This document shows, piece by piece, positions 34,034 to 43,692 of a stretch of DNA of 64,000 nucleotides. Numbering within the stretch: position 1 is the first letter of the stretch; the number at the start of each line of letters is the position of its first letter. Position numbers and translations under genes: made by a program. This stretch comes from Vulcanimicrobiota bacterium (GTDB lineage: Bacteria > Vulcanimicrobiota > Vulcanimicrobiia > Vulcanimicrobiales > Vulcanimicrobiaceae): the NCBI GenBank assembly GCA_963834485.1, contig CAWICD010000001.1, forward strand, positions 758,862 through 822,861, given 5' to 3'. The notes beneath the pieces were generated by a model. It saw only the letters and a program-made list of their open reading frames with translations. It had not been told where the DNA came from and did no database searches.

Positions 34034-34699
34034 GTGAAGGCAGCGCCGGGCGCCTACGTTTTCGACCTCTACGGGACCCTCGTGGACATCGCCTCGCTGC
34101 GGGAACGCGCCGAATTGCCGGCGGGTCGCGCCGTAGCGTTCGTCGAGGCCTGGCGCGCCAAGCAGTTGCTCTACGCGTTCACCGCGACGCTGATGGAGCG
34201 TTACCTCGACTTCGATGCGATCACCGCGCTCGCGCTCGACTACACCGCGGCCCAGTTCGATTTCGAGCTCGCGCCGGCCGAGCGCGCCGGCCTGCTGGAA
34301 GCCTGGTCCCGGCTGCCCGCGTACCCCGAGGTCCCCGCGACGCTGGCGGCGCTGCGCGAGCGCGGCTTCGCGCTGGCCGTGCTCTCCAACGGGACGCCGC
34401 ACTCGCTGGCGCGCACGCTCGAGCGAGCGAACGTCGCGGGCTCTTTCGCGGCCGTGCTCTCGGTCGACGCCGTGCGAGCCTTCAAGCCGCACCCTCACGT
34501 CTACCGCTCGGCCGTCGAGCGCCTGGGGCTGCCGCGCGAGCGGATAGGGTTCGTCTCTTCGAACGGCTGGGACGCGACCGGGGCCGCCGAGTTCGGCTTC
34601 CGCGTCGTCTGGTGCAATCGCGCCGGACTGCCGGCGGAAACGATGGGGACTCGGCCGGAGCGTACGATCGCCAATTTGACCGAACTGCTCGATGGCTGA
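34034..34699 (+). CDS. HAD-superfamily hydrolase, haloacid dehalogenase type II-like
   Basis: YVFDLYGTLVD (nucleophile Asp), LSNG, FKPHPHVY and SSNGWD, as in L-2-haloacid dehalogenases. Confidence 0.8.
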   Translation: MKAAPGAYVFDLYGTLVDIASLRERAELPAGRAVAFVEAWRAKQLLYAFTATLMERYLDFDAITALALDYTAAQFDFELAPAERAGLLEAWSRLPAYPEVPATLAALRERGFALAVLSNGTPHSLARTLERANVAGSFAAVLSVDAVRAFKPHPHVYRSAVERLGLPRERIGFVSSNGWDATGAAEFGFRVVWCNRAGLPAETMGTRPERTIANLTELLDG

Positions 34700-35441
34700 G
34701 CCCGCGTTGCGGCTCGCCGTCATCGGCGATCCGGTCTCGCACAGCCGCAGCCCCGCCTTGCACCACGGCTTCCTTCAAGAGGCGGGTCTGACGGGCAGCT
34801 ACGAGGCCATTCGCGTCCCGACCGGCGAGGGGGCGCGGGCGATCGACGAGCTGCGCGGACGCGGCTACACCGGGCTGAACGTCACCACGCCCTTAAAGGA
34901 AGAGGCCTTCGCGCGCGCGGAGTGGCGCGACGCGGCCGCCGAGGCGAGCGGTTCGGTCAATACGCTGCTGCTCGCCGGGGAGCGAATCGAAGGCTACAAC
35001 ACCGACGGCGCGGGCGCGCTCGGCGCGCTCGGCGCGGCGGGCCTCGGAGAAGTTCGCGGGCGGCGGATCCTCGTGCTCGGGGCCGGACCGACCGCGCGCG
35101 CGGCGAGCGTCGCGCTGGCGCAAGCCGGGGCCGACGTCCTGCTCTGGAACCGCACGCGCGGACGAGCCGAGGCGCTCGCCCAGAGGCTTGGCGTGCGGCT
35201 GTGGACGCCGGGCTCCCGCTTCGACGCGGCGCTCGCGACGCTCGCTCCCGGCGCAACGCTCGAGCCGGAGCTGAAGACCGCTTTGGCCGCAGCGCCGCTC
35301 GTCGTCGACGCGAACTACGGACCGCGCTTCACGCTCGGTGCGGCGCTGGGACGCGCCGACGTGTGCGACGGCCTGGCGATGCTGACCGCCGGCGCGCGGG
35401 CCAGCTTCGAGCTCTTCCGAGCGCCGCCGCGGCGCGGCTGA
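34692..35441 (+). CDS. aroE: Shikimate dehydrogenase
   Basis: AVIGDPVSHSRSPALHHGF, NVTTPLKE, NTDG and GAGPTARA. Confidence 0.9.
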   Translation: MAEPALRLAVIGDPVSHSRSPALHHGFLQEAGLTGSYEAIRVPTGEGARAIDELRGRGYTGLNVTTPLKEEAFARAEWRDAAAEASGSVNTLLLAGERIEGYNTDGAGALGALGAAGLGEVRGRRILVLGAGPTARAASVALAQAGADVLLWNRTRGRAEALAQRLGVRLWTPGSRFDAALATLAPGATLEPELKTALAAAPLVVDANYGPRFTLGAALGRADVCDGLAMLTAGARASFELFRAPPRRG

Positions 35442-35562
35442 TGCGGCTCGAGCGATATTCGCTCGCCGGGCCCAGATGTGCCAGGACTTCGTGGCCGACT
35501 TCGAGACCGCGGCGCCGGCCCCGGCCTCAGACCGGGGCGGGGAGCGTCGTGCTGCGTCATCT

Positions 35563-36903
35563 TCACCGGTTCCCTTCGGCGCGAATCGTCGTCCGCATCA
35601 CGGAAACCTGATAGGGATTCCACGTGGACAGGAGCCAGTACAGGGTCGTACTGTTCGGCTCTTCGCCGGGGCTCGTATATCGATTCAGAACGAAAGGAGC
35701 GTAGAAGTGGCCTTGCTCGAAATCGTCTCCATGCCGTAGGGCGGGCCAGTAGTCGCGGCGACCAGGGCAGCCGTGAGGCGCCATCACAAGCTTGCAGCCC
35801 TCAAGGGCCTCGGCACCCAAAACCGTCGCAGGCGCGGACCACGGTCCCCACGGAGCTCGCGCCACGCGCATCGCCACGCCGTCATACATCATGATCCAGA
35901 GGTGCAGCGGCCGGTTCCACGTCATCGAAAGCTCGCCGACGTTATTGCCGGCTTCGAACAACGGCTGGTAGATCTGGTTGGCTCGGCTCGGCCGCCATGC
36001 CGCGCTCCCCACGAGCCGCGGGCTTCCGTCGGGTTCGAGGCCTGTGAAAAAGCGCCAGGTCGAAGTGTCAGCGAAAGACTCCTCCGGTGCGAAGGCCAAG
36101 TACGGTACGCTGGCGCGGAAGCGCGGCACGCCGAAGACGAGAACTCCGCGCCTCTGTTCGGCGGGGAGACCCGGAATCAGATTCGTGTTCACCGCCATCG
36201 AATAGACGAACCCCTGCGGCATCGGCACGACGTCTGTGAACGTCCGCCCTCCGTCCACGGAGCGCGCCATCACTCCGCGGCCGACGCTGTTGTTGCCCTC
36301 CGCCTCCGGACAGCGGCGCGTCGCCGGAGGCAGTTCGAGGGGCTGGTCAGGTGAAGGGAGCAGCAGATTCGGAAACACGCAATGATCCGTCCAGAAGAAC
36401 GCGTAGAGCGAGTCCTGCACCGAGACGCCGCCCGTGGGCACGTTGAACGCGCCCTGTTTCACTTTCTTCGGCCCGATGATGGTCGCCGGGCGGTAAACGT
36501 TCTTGAACCCCACGAGCTTGCTGTTCACCACAAGATCCAAGCAGTGTTCCGGATCCGGCGGCTCGACGCGGGAGGTCACACCCACCCCATCGTTCGGGAC
36601 CCGCTGAACCGGGCCGGGCGGCGTCGGCCAAGCGTCGCCAAACAGGAAAAAAAGCCTTCCACGGTGCTCGACCGGGAATCCCAGGTCAACCGCCTCGAGT
36701 CCGAATCTGCTCTCGGTGCGGGCTGCGGTCGGCCGGTTCGTCTCCCAATCGAATTCCCCGGTCAATTGGCAGATCCGTTCCGTCGCACCGACGTGAATAG
36801 ACACCCGCGGGGCCTCTGCGCCCCGTGCCGGAGCGACGCATAAGACTATCGCCAGGCTCAGCACAGCCCAACCGCCTAGTCTGCGTGCAAGGTCCACGTT
36901 CAT
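35563..36903 (-). CDS. Secreted DUF4185-like protein
   Basis: Signal peptide (WAVLSLAIVLCVAPARGAEA). The LFFLFGDAWP motif and beta-propeller-like repeats resemble DUF4185. The family assignment is tentative. Confidence 0.65.
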   Translation of the reverse strand: MNVDLARRLGGWAVLSLAIVLCVAPARGAEAPRVSIHVGATERICQLTGEFDWETNRPTAARTESRFGLEAVDLGFPVEHRGRLFFLFGDAWPTPPGPVQRVPNDGVGVTSRVEPPDPEHCLDLVVNSKLVGFKNVYRPATIIGPKKVKQGAFNVPTGGVSVQDSLYAFFWTDHCVFPNLLLPSPDQPLELPPATRRCPEAEGNNSVGRGVMARSVDGGRTFTDVVPMPQGFVYSMAVNTNLIPGLPAEQRRGVLVFGVPRFRASVPYLAFAPEESFADTSTWRFFTGLEPDGSPRLVGSAAWRPSRANQIYQPLFEAGNNVGELSMTWNRPLHLWIMMYDGVAMRVARAPWGPWSAPATVLGAEALEGCKLVMAPHGCPGRRDYWPALRHGDDFEQGHFYAPFVLNRYTSPGEEPNSTTLYWLLSTWNPYQVSVMRTTIRAEGNR

Positions 36904-37208
36904 ACTCCTCTTGCCGCGTCATTGCGGGCGTCGTTATCGCAACCGGACGTAGCGCACCGCCCAGCCCCGAAACTGCGGAATTGGCGACGTCGTTCGTCTT
37001 GCTCGATTTCCATCTCGGGCTCCGCCTTTCCGGCATCTCGCGCCGCAAGACGCGCGCATCTCGAGTAGGCGCGACGGGCATCGACGAGACCGCGGCGTCG
37101 CGGCCGTCGAGCGCGATCTTGCTACACGACAGGAACGCGCCTCGCCGACGCCGCGCTGCCCAACGGCGCGCTCAACCGTCGCTACGAAATCGCGACCGCT
37201 CCCCTCCG

Positions 37209-37838
37209 TTAGCGCGCGCGAGCGCGTAGCGCCCAGACGAGCGCGTCTTCCAGCGTCTCCTCGCCCCAAAAGAGCTCGCCGTCGACCACGAGGTCGGGCG
37301 CACCGAAGATGCCGAGCGCGATCGCCCGTTCGGTGTTCGCCCGCAGCGCTTCGCGCCGGCTCGGTGCGAGCGCCGCCTCGAGCACGGCCTCCGGAGAATG
37401 TCCCAGCTCCGCAAGCAGGGCGGCGACGACCTCGCGCTCGCCGATCTCGCGGTCCTCGCCGAAGTTGGCGACGAAGACGCGCCGCACGAACGCGCCGCAC
37501 CAGGCCTCGTCCGCAATCGAACAGGCGACGCGCAGCGGCAGCGTCGCGAGCCGGGGAAAGCGCGACGGCCGGCGCCAGGGCAGGCCGAACTTCGCGGCGA
37601 GCCGCTCCACGTCGCGCCACATATAGTTGCCGCGCAGCGGGTTCAAATTGAAGGGCGAGTCGTTCCAGCCTTGGCGCGCGAAGAGCGGCCCCAGCGTGAA
37701 CGGCCGCCACACCAACGCGACGCCCGCGTCGCGGCACAGATCCTCGATGCGCATCGCGGCAACGTACGAGTACGTGCTCGCGAAGTCGAACCAAAACTCT
37801 ACCGGCACGCCGCGCTCACGGCTACTTCCCCGGCGCAT
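37209..37838 (-). CDS. 2-hydroxychromene-2-carboxylate isomerase / DsbA-like family protein
   Basis: VEFWFDFASTYSY..., ...FGAPDLVVDGELFWG.. is typical of the HCCA isomerase (DsbA-fold) family. Confidence 0.8.
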   Translation of the reverse strand: MRRGSSRERGVPVEFWFDFASTYSYVAAMRIEDLCRDAGVALVWRPFTLGPLFARQGWNDSPFNLNPLRGNYMWRDVERLAAKFGLPWRRPSRFPRLATLPLRVACSIADEAWCGAFVRRVFVANFGEDREIGEREVVAALLAELGHSPEAVLEAALAPSRREALRANTERAIALGIFGAPDLVVDGELFWGEETLEDALVWALRARAR

Positions 37839-37857
37839 GCACCCGCCCTGATCGAAG

Positions 37858-37948
37858 TGGCGGAGAGGGGGAGATTCGAACTCCCGAGACCTTTATGGGG
37901 TCTGCTCGCTTTCCAAGCGAGTGCATTCGACCACTCTGCCACCTCTCC
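37858..37948 (-). tRNA. tRNA-Ser (anticodon GGA), long variable arm, CCA encoded
   Basis: Minus strand: GGAGAGG..., anticodon stem CTCGC/GCGAG with loop TTGGAAA, long extra arm, T-arm GGGAG-TTCGAAT-CTCCC, then ...CTCTCC-G-CCA. Confidence 0.95.
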
Positions 37949-38009
37949 ACGGGCGGGTGTCCGCCCCCGCCTTTTTACGCGCGGCGGCGCCGGGCCTTCG
38001 GCGGCTCGC

Positions 38010-38261
38010 TCAGAGCCCCGCCGCGTTGAGTTCGGCGATGAACGCTTGGGTGCGCGGGTCCAGCCACCAGCGCTCGAGCGCGGCGACCAGCGGAGGCGTC
38101 TTGCGGAGCTCCTCGACGTGGCGCTGGATCGTGGCGGCGTCGGGGTTCTCGGCGGTGACCGCCGCATGCAGCGCGTCGATCGCGGGATGAGCGCCGGGGT
38201 GGTCGGCGGCGGCCGCGCGCAGCTCGTCGACGGGCAGCGGCGCGGGATCCTTGGGGTTCAT
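38010..38261 (-). CDS. Hypothetical small protein (83 aa)
   Basis: ORF with protein-like composition in an otherwise unassigned gap. No recognisable motif. Confidence 0.4.
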   Translation of the reverse strand: MNPKDPAPLPVDELRAAAADHPGAHPAIDALHAAVTAENPDAATIQRHVEELRKTPPLVAALERWWLDPRTQAFIAELNAAGL

Positions 38262-38350
38262 TCGAATCAGCTTCGGCGCAAACCGGTGCTTCCTTGCGGC
38301 CGCCAGGGCGGCGCCACACGCACCTCAGAGGCCGGCCTGGTGCCTGATCG

Positions 38351-39238
38351 TCAGATGCCGGCGGGGTGCCAGATCGTCTTGAGCTCGGTGAAGGCCGCCA
38401 CGTGCGCCAGGTCCTGCGTCTCGGCCGCGAACCATTCGGCCGGCGAGAGCGCGGGAACGAAACGGGCGCGCTTGAGATTGTCGGCGGCGAGCCGCGCCAG
38501 TTCGGCGGCGAAGGGCGCATCGAGGGCGTGCGCTTCGAGCGCCCCGACGTCCATGTGCCGCGCCAGGTGCGGCGCGAGCTCGATGCGCTGGCCCGTCAGG
38601 ACGTTGGCGGCGCCGGCCGGCAGATCGCAAGTCGCCAGACATTCGGCGAAGACGATCGCCGTGCGCGGATCGACTTCCGAGGCCACGATCACGACGGTGT
38701 TCCCCGAAACCAGCGCCGGGACGGCTGCCGAGACCAACCCGAGCAGCGACGGCTCGTCGGGCGCGATCACGCCGACGACACCGACCGGCTCGGGCGTCGA
38801 GTACGTGTAATACGGTCCGGAGACGGGATTGCGGGCCGAGAGGACCGCGGCATATTTGTCGCACCAGCCTGCGTACCACAGCGTGCGGTCGATCGCCGCG
38901 TTCGTCTCGCGCAACGCCTCGGCGTCCTCGAGCTTCATGCCCGCGTGAAGCCGCTCGACGAACTGGGCGCGCCGCGTCTCCATCAGCTCGGCGAGCCGGT
39001 AGAGCACGAGCCCCCGCTGCATCGGCGTCGCCGCAGACCAGCGCTCGAAGGCGGCGCGGGCCGCCACGACCGCGTCGCGCAAATCCTTCCGCGAGGCACG
39101 CGCGACGTTGGCGGAATCTTCCGAGCCGGCGCCGACCACGTCGCTGCGTCCGGATTCCGAACGCACGAACTCGCCGTTCACGAAGAGCTTGTACGTCTTG
39201 CGAACGTCGAGGCGAAGCGGCTCGCGGCTCTTGGACAC
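38351..39238 (-). CDS. Truncated aldehyde-dehydrogenase-like protein (cofactor-binding half plus C-terminal tail, no catalytic domain)
   Basis: ALDH N-terminal similarity (KLFVNGEFV, RASRKDLRDAVVAARAAF, GVVGVIAPDEPSLL, GNTVVIV, PAGAANVLTG). Only 295 aa, and the ELGGKS/catalytic-Cys region is missing. Confidence 0.75.
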   Translation of the reverse strand: MSKSREPLRLDVRKTYKLFVNGEFVRSESGRSDVVGAGSEDSANVARASRKDLRDAVVAARAAFERWSAATPMQRGLVLYRLAELMETRRAQFVERLHAGMKLEDAEALRETNAAIDRTLWYAGWCDKYAAVLSARNPVSGPYYTYSTPEPVGVVGVIAPDEPSLLGLVSAAVPALVSGNTVVIVASEVDPRTAIVFAECLATCDLPAGAANVLTGQRIELAPHLARHMDVGALEAHALDAPFAAELARLAADNLKRARFVPALSPAEWFAAETQDLAHVAAFTELKTIWHPAGI

Positions 39239-39275
39239 GGAGCGACGCTACGGCGCAGCCCCGGTACCGCCCTGT

Positions 39276-40163
39276 ATGAGGCGCTCCGCATTCGCCGCCG
39301 GCGCCAGGCGCCAGCCGTTTCGCGCGGAAGTCGAAGGCGTGTCGACCGATCAGACCGTCCAGCCCCTCAGCGGTGCCGAGGCCCGTGCGGCTATCCGAAG
39401 CAAGCAACACACCGGTGCCACGAGCTCGCTCGCACCCGACTTCGTTCAGGCCGACCTGATCGCGGTGCCGGCCGAATACGCCGACGAATTACGCGCGCTG
39501 TGCGCCCGCAATCCCGTCGCCTGCCCGCTGCTCGACGTCACGCCGCCCGGCGGCACCACGTCGCGCTTGGCCGCGGATAGCGATCTGCGCGTCGACTTGC
39601 CGGGGTACCGGGTCTACCGCAACGGTTCGCTCTCCGAGAAGCGCGACGACGCGATCGACCTCTGGCGCGAAGATCTGGTGGCCTTTCTGCTGGGCTCGTC
39701 CTTCACGTTCGAGCAGGCGTTGGCGGGCGCGGGGCTCGAGGCGCGCCACCTCAACATCGGCGCGACGGTCCCGATCTACCGCACGACGATCCCGCTCGCC
39801 CCGGCGGGCCGGCTGCGCGGACACTTGATGGTGACGATGCGTCCGTACCAGCGTGCCGACATCGAGCGCGTGCGCGCCATCACGCGGCCTTTCACCGAGG
39901 CGCACGGCGAGCCGTTCTGGGTCGGCGATCCGCGCGGCATCGGGATATGGAATCTTGCGACGCCCAACGAGGGCGACGCGGTCCCCTTCGAAGCCGGCGA
40001 AGTGCCGGTCTTCTGGGCGAGCGCCGTGACCGCGCACCGCGTCGTGGTCGAGAGCCGCCTGCCGTACGTCATCACCCACGAGCCCGGACAGCTCTTCATC
40101 ACCGACCTGCGGCATGAGGACCTCGCGCGCGGCGGAAAGCTCGAGTTCGCCGCGCGCATGTAG
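39276..40163 (+). CDS. DUF1445 / UPF0317 putative hydro-lyase
   Basis: GATSSLAPDFVQADLIAVP..., LLGSSFTFEQAL, VTMRP and HGEPFWVGDP are typical of DUF1445. Alternative GTG start at 39339. Confidence 0.8.
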   Translation: MRRSAFAAGARRQPFRAEVEGVSTDQTVQPLSGAEARAAIRSKQHTGATSSLAPDFVQADLIAVPAEYADELRALCARNPVACPLLDVTPPGGTTSRLAADSDLRVDLPGYRVYRNGSLSEKRDDAIDLWREDLVAFLLGSSFTFEQALAGAGLEARHLNIGATVPIYRTTIPLAPAGRLRGHLMVTMRPYQRADIERVRAITRPFTEAHGEPFWVGDPRGIGIWNLATPNEGDAVPFEAGEVPVFWASAVTAHRVVVESRLPYVITHEPGQLFITDLRHEDLARGGKLEFAARM

Positions 40164-40834
40164 GCGCGCGCTCGCCCGTCCGCTTGCTGCGGCGTCGACT
40201 TGCTGCAGACCGTCTTGGCGACTGAGATCGTCGGCGTCCTCCGCTACACGATGCACGCGGTCGCCGCGACCGGCATCGACAGCGAGAACGACGCGGTTCG
40301 CGCAATCGTGCCTACCGGACGATCGCAATCGAGGATCTCAACGTCTCCGGGATGCTGGCCAACCGCTGCCTCTCGCGAGCGATCGGCGATCTCGGCTTCT
40401 TCGAATTCCGTCGCCAGCTCGAATAGAAGGCGGCGATGGCGGGCTCGAGCGTGATCGTAGTCGCGCGTCGGTACCCCAGTTCGAGGCTGTGCTCCTCATG
40501 CGCAGCGCGGAACGAGACGCTCGCCCTTTCGGAACGCTTCTGGACGTGCGCGTCGTGCGGCACGTCCCGCGACCGCGACCGCAACGCGGCCGTGAACCTC
40601 GCACGGTACGCGGAGAGTTCAGCCGCGTCAGCCTGCGGAGCGGCGGGCTCTGGCGGCGAGGATCACCTCGCCGTGAAACCGGCCGCGTAGAAGCAGGAAG
40701 AAGGCCTGGAATTCATGTCCGTGCATTTCAGAACGGTCATGCTCGAGGGCATTTTGGCGCAAGAGGAAGAACACGCCAACGACATGCACGATTTGCTCGT
40801 CGCCCATGAGGGCCGGCCGTTTTTGAAATCGTAG
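40164..40834 (+). pseudogene. Ferritin-like (bacterioferritin-type) gene remnant split by an IS remnant
   Basis: N-terminal fragment LLQTVLATEIVGVLRYTMHAVAATGI (from 40200) and C-terminal fragment MLEGILAQEEEHANDMHDLL...* (40739-40834) flank the TnpB fragment. The middle of the gene is missing. Confidence 0.45.
40283..40690 (+). mobile_element. tnpB: TnpB (IS200/IS605-family OrfB) C-terminal remnant with in-frame TAG
   Basis: ...YRTIAIEDLNVSGML...FFEFRRQLE*KAAMAGSSVIVVARRYPSSRLCSSC...CASCGTSRDRDRNAAVNL covers RuvC-II Glu, the zinc finger and RuvC-III Asp. TAG at 40424-40426 replaces the conserved Tyr of QLEYKA. The N-terminal two-thirds of the protein is absent. Confidence 0.8.
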
Positions 40835-40857
40835 ATCTCGACAGGCTCGATCTCGAG

Positions 40858-41514
40858 TTGGTGATCGTGCGGCACGGAAGGACCTCCTGGAACGCGGAGG
40901 CCCGCTTCCAAGGCCACACCGACGTGCCGCTCGACGCGATCGGTCGCGCGCAGGCCGCGGCTCTGGCCGCCGCGCTGCGCGACGAACCGCTCGACGCCGC
41001 GGTAGCGAGCGACTTGTCGCGGGCCCGTGAGACGGCCGAGGCGGTCCTCAAAGGGCGGGGCATCCCCCTCGTCCTGGACGCCCGCTGGCGCGAGATGGCC
41101 TTCGGCGCCTGGGAGGGGCTGACGTGGAGCGAGATCGCCGCGCGCTTCCCCGAATCCGCCGGCCGCCCGAACGAGGGCGGCCGCTTCGTCACGCCGACCG
41201 GGGGCGAGTCGTTCGAGGCGCTCTGCCGCCGCGTCCGCTCGGCCGTGATCGACCTGGCCGCGCACGGGCGGCCCGGAAGCCGGGTCTTGGTCGGAACGCA
41301 TGCCGGCCCGTTGCATGCGCTCCTGCGGGTGGTCCTCGGCCAGGACGAGGCCGCCGCCCTCAACGTGCGCTTCGAGCCGGCCAGCATCACGCGCCTTCGT
41401 TTGCGCGGGGCCGGCGCGACGATCCTCGCGCTCAACGAGCGCGTCGCGGACGAAGAAGGCACGCTTGCCGGCAGGTCGGCGTCCGCGCCGCCCCAAAACG
41501 GCGAGCGTGGCTAA
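40858..41514 (+). CDS. Histidine phosphatase family protein (phosphoglycerate mutase/CobC-like)
   Basis: VIVRHGRTSWNAEARFQGHTDVPL (RHG motif), ...SDLSRARETA.., ...THAGP... Confidence 0.85.
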   Translation: MVIVRHGRTSWNAEARFQGHTDVPLDAIGRAQAAALAAALRDEPLDAAVASDLSRARETAEAVLKGRGIPLVLDARWREMAFGAWEGLTWSEIAARFPESAGRPNEGGRFVTPTGGESFEALCRRVRSAVIDLAAHGRPGSRVLVGTHAGPLHALLRVVLGQDEAAALNVRFEPASITRLRLRGAGATILALNERVADEEGTLAGRSASAPPQNGERG

Positions 41515-42082
41515 AATCGAGGGTCGCAGCTATCTGAATCTTCCGCTGGGCGAGAACGTCCCCGAGGAGATCAACGTCGTCGTCGAGATCCCGCAAGGCT
41601 CGCGCAACAAGTACGAGTACGACAAAAAGCTCGACATCTTCCGGCTCGACCGCTCGCTGCATTCGGCGATCTACTATCCCGGCGACTACGGCTTCGCGCC
41701 CCAGACCCTCGCCGAAGACGGCGATCCGCTCGACGTCCTGATCATGGTCGTCCAGCCGACCTTTCCCGGATGCCTCGTGGTGGCGCGCCCGATCGGCCTG
41801 CTCAAGATGTTCGACGGGGGCCAGCCCGACGACAAGATCCTGGCCGTCCCGGTCGGCGAGCCGGCCTATCAGGACATCTACAGCCACTCTCAGATTTTCC
41901 CGCACCAGCTGCGCATGATCTCGCACTTCTTCGAGACCTACAAGACGCTCGAAGGCAAGGAGACGGCGACGGAGGGCTGGCGCGACGGCGCTGCTGCGCG
42001 CCGCTCGATCATCGAGTCGCGCGACCGTTTCCTCGCGCAAGAGACGGCGCGCACCCCGCAAACCGCCGACATCGCGGGCTGA
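41507..42082 (+). CDS. ppa: Inorganic pyrophosphatase (family I)
   Basis: VVEIPQGSRNKYEYD, YPGDYGFAPQTL.EDGDPLDVL and DDKILAV. GTG 41507 overlaps the preceding stop. Confidence 0.9.
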   Translation: MAKIEGRSYLNLPLGENVPEEINVVVEIPQGSRNKYEYDKKLDIFRLDRSLHSAIYYPGDYGFAPQTLAEDGDPLDVLIMVVQPTFPGCLVVARPIGLLKMFDGGQPDDKILAVPVGEPAYQDIYSHSQIFPHQLRMISHFFETYKTLEGKETATEGWRDGAAARRSIIESRDRFLAQETARTPQTADIAG

Positions 42083-42202
42083 GCCGGCCTTCCGCCTGGG
42101 TCGGCGGAAGGCAGAAGGCGAGCGCTCCGGTGGGAATTGTCGATCGGTCGCCGCTGGCCGGCCCTCGCCGCACGCACAGCGGGAAACCGTCTCCCGCGGC
42201 GT

Positions 42203-43468
42203 ATGAACCATGACGTGCTGAACGTGCAGAAGAAGATCAAGGTAGCCAATCCGGTCGTCGAGCTGGACGGCGACGAGATGACGCGCGTCATCTGGGCCAT
42301 GATCAGGGAGAAGCTCATCCTCCCGTACCTGGACGTCGACCTGCGCTACTACGACCTGGGCGTCGAGCATCGCGACGCGACCGACGACCGCGTGACGCTC
42401 GAGGCGGCGCGCGCCATCAAGGAGTTCGGCGTCGGCGTCAAGTGCGCGACGATCACGCCCGACGAGGCTCGAGTCGAAGAGTTCCACCTCAAGAAGATGT
42501 GGCGCTCGCCCAACGGCACGATCCGCAACGAGCTCGACGGGACGGTTTTCCGCGAGCCGATCATCTGCCGCAACGTTCCGCGGCTGGTCCCCGGCTGGAC
42601 CGACCCGATCGTCATCGGCCGCCACGCTTTCGGCGATCAATACCGCGCCACCGAGATGGCGATCCCGGCCGCCGGGAAGGTGACCCTGCGCTTCACGCCG
42701 GCCGGCGGCGGCGCCCCGGTCGAGCGGGAGGTCTTCACCTTCGAACGCCCCGGCGTCGCGCTCGCGATGTACAACGTCGACGAGTCGATCCTCGGCTTCG
42801 CGCGGGCGTGCTTCAATTACGGCCTGCAGCGCAAGTGGCCGGTCTATCTGTCGACCAAGAACACGATTCTCAAGACCTACGACGGCCGCTTCATGCAGAT
42901 CTTCCAGCACGTCTACGACGCGGAGTTCCGCAAGCGCTTCGAGGCGCTGGGGATTTTCTACGAGCACCGGCTGATCGACGACATGGTCGCCTCGTGCCTG
43001 AAATGGTCGGGCAAGTACATCTGGGCCTGCAAGAACTACGACGGCGACGTTCAGTCCGACACGGTCGCGCAGGGCTACGGCTCGCTCGGCCTGATGACCT
43101 CGGTGCTGATGACCCCGGACGGCAAGACGATCGAAGCCGAGGCCGCACACGGCACCGTCACCCGGCACTACCGCCTGCACCAGCAGGGCAAGCCGACTTC
43201 GACCAACCCGATCGCCTCGATCTTCGCCTGGACGCGCGGCCTCGCACACCGCGGCCGCCTCGACGGCACGCCCGAGCTGGTCCGCTTCGCCGAGACGCTC
43301 GAACGCGTCTGCATCGACACCGTCGAGCACGGCAAGATGACGAAGGACCTCGCGCTCCTGGTCGGCCCCGAACAGCAATGGTTAACGACCGAAGCTTTCC
43401 TGGCCGCCCTAGACGAGGAACTAGAAAACCGCATGGCCTGGGCTCTAGCCGGCACCGCCCTGCGCTAG
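42203..43468 (+). CDS. icd: NADP-dependent isocitrate dehydrogenase (homodimeric, eukaryote-like type)
   Basis: [38 protein letters not shown] and NYDGDVQSD. Start ATG 42203 lies inside ORF 42137..43468. Confidence 0.9.
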   Translation: MNHDVLNVQKKIKVANPVVELDGDEMTRVIWAMIREKLILPYLDVDLRYYDLGVEHRDATDDRVTLEAARAIKEFGVGVKCATITPDEARVEEFHLKKMWRSPNGTIRNELDGTVFREPIICRNVPRLVPGWTDPIVIGRHAFGDQYRATEMAIPAAGKVTLRFTPAGGGAPVEREVFTFERPGVALAMYNVDESILGFARACFNYGLQRKWPVYLSTKNTILKTYDGRFMQIFQHVYDAEFRKRFEALGIFYEHRLIDDMVASCLKWSGKYIWACKNYDGDVQSDTVAQGYGSLGLMTSVLMTPDGKTIEAEAAHGTVTRHYRLHQQGKPTSTNPIASIFAWTRGLAHRGRLDGTPELVRFAETLERVCIDTVEHGKMTKDLALLVGPEQQWLTTEAFLAALDEELENRMAWALAGTALR

Positions 43469-43550
43469 CAATCCCTCGCCCCCGCCCCCTTCGACAGGCT
43501 CAGGGTGACAATATGCCCTGGCAGCAACAGCTCGGCAGTAACGTAGCGAA

Positions 43551-43692
43551 GGCGGGCGAGCGCGGGCGTGCCGCGGGGGCTTACGACGAGGAGCGGAGCC
43601 ATGGATGGCGGGAGCGACGAGCGGAGCAGCGGCGATTTTGCCAGGATGGCAAAATCGCCGGCGGCCCCGCGGCACGCCCGCGCTCGCCCGCC
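43551..43692. repeat. Nested inverted-repeat element (28-bp perfect arms, 86-nt loop holding a 13-bp perfect hairpin)
   Basis: GGCGGGCGAGCGCGGGCGTGCCGCGGGG (43551-43578) is the exact reverse complement of 43665-43692. The inner hairpin is GGCGATTTTGCCA-GGA-TGGCAAAATCGCC (43631-43659). Confidence 0.85.

Noticed and set aside
35445-35540. Hairpins between convergent aroE and the DUF4185 gene (CGAGCGA-TAT-TCGCTCG and CCCCGG-N7-CCGGGG) as terminators.
   Set aside because: Short stems with no U-tracts on either strand. This is too weak to annotate.
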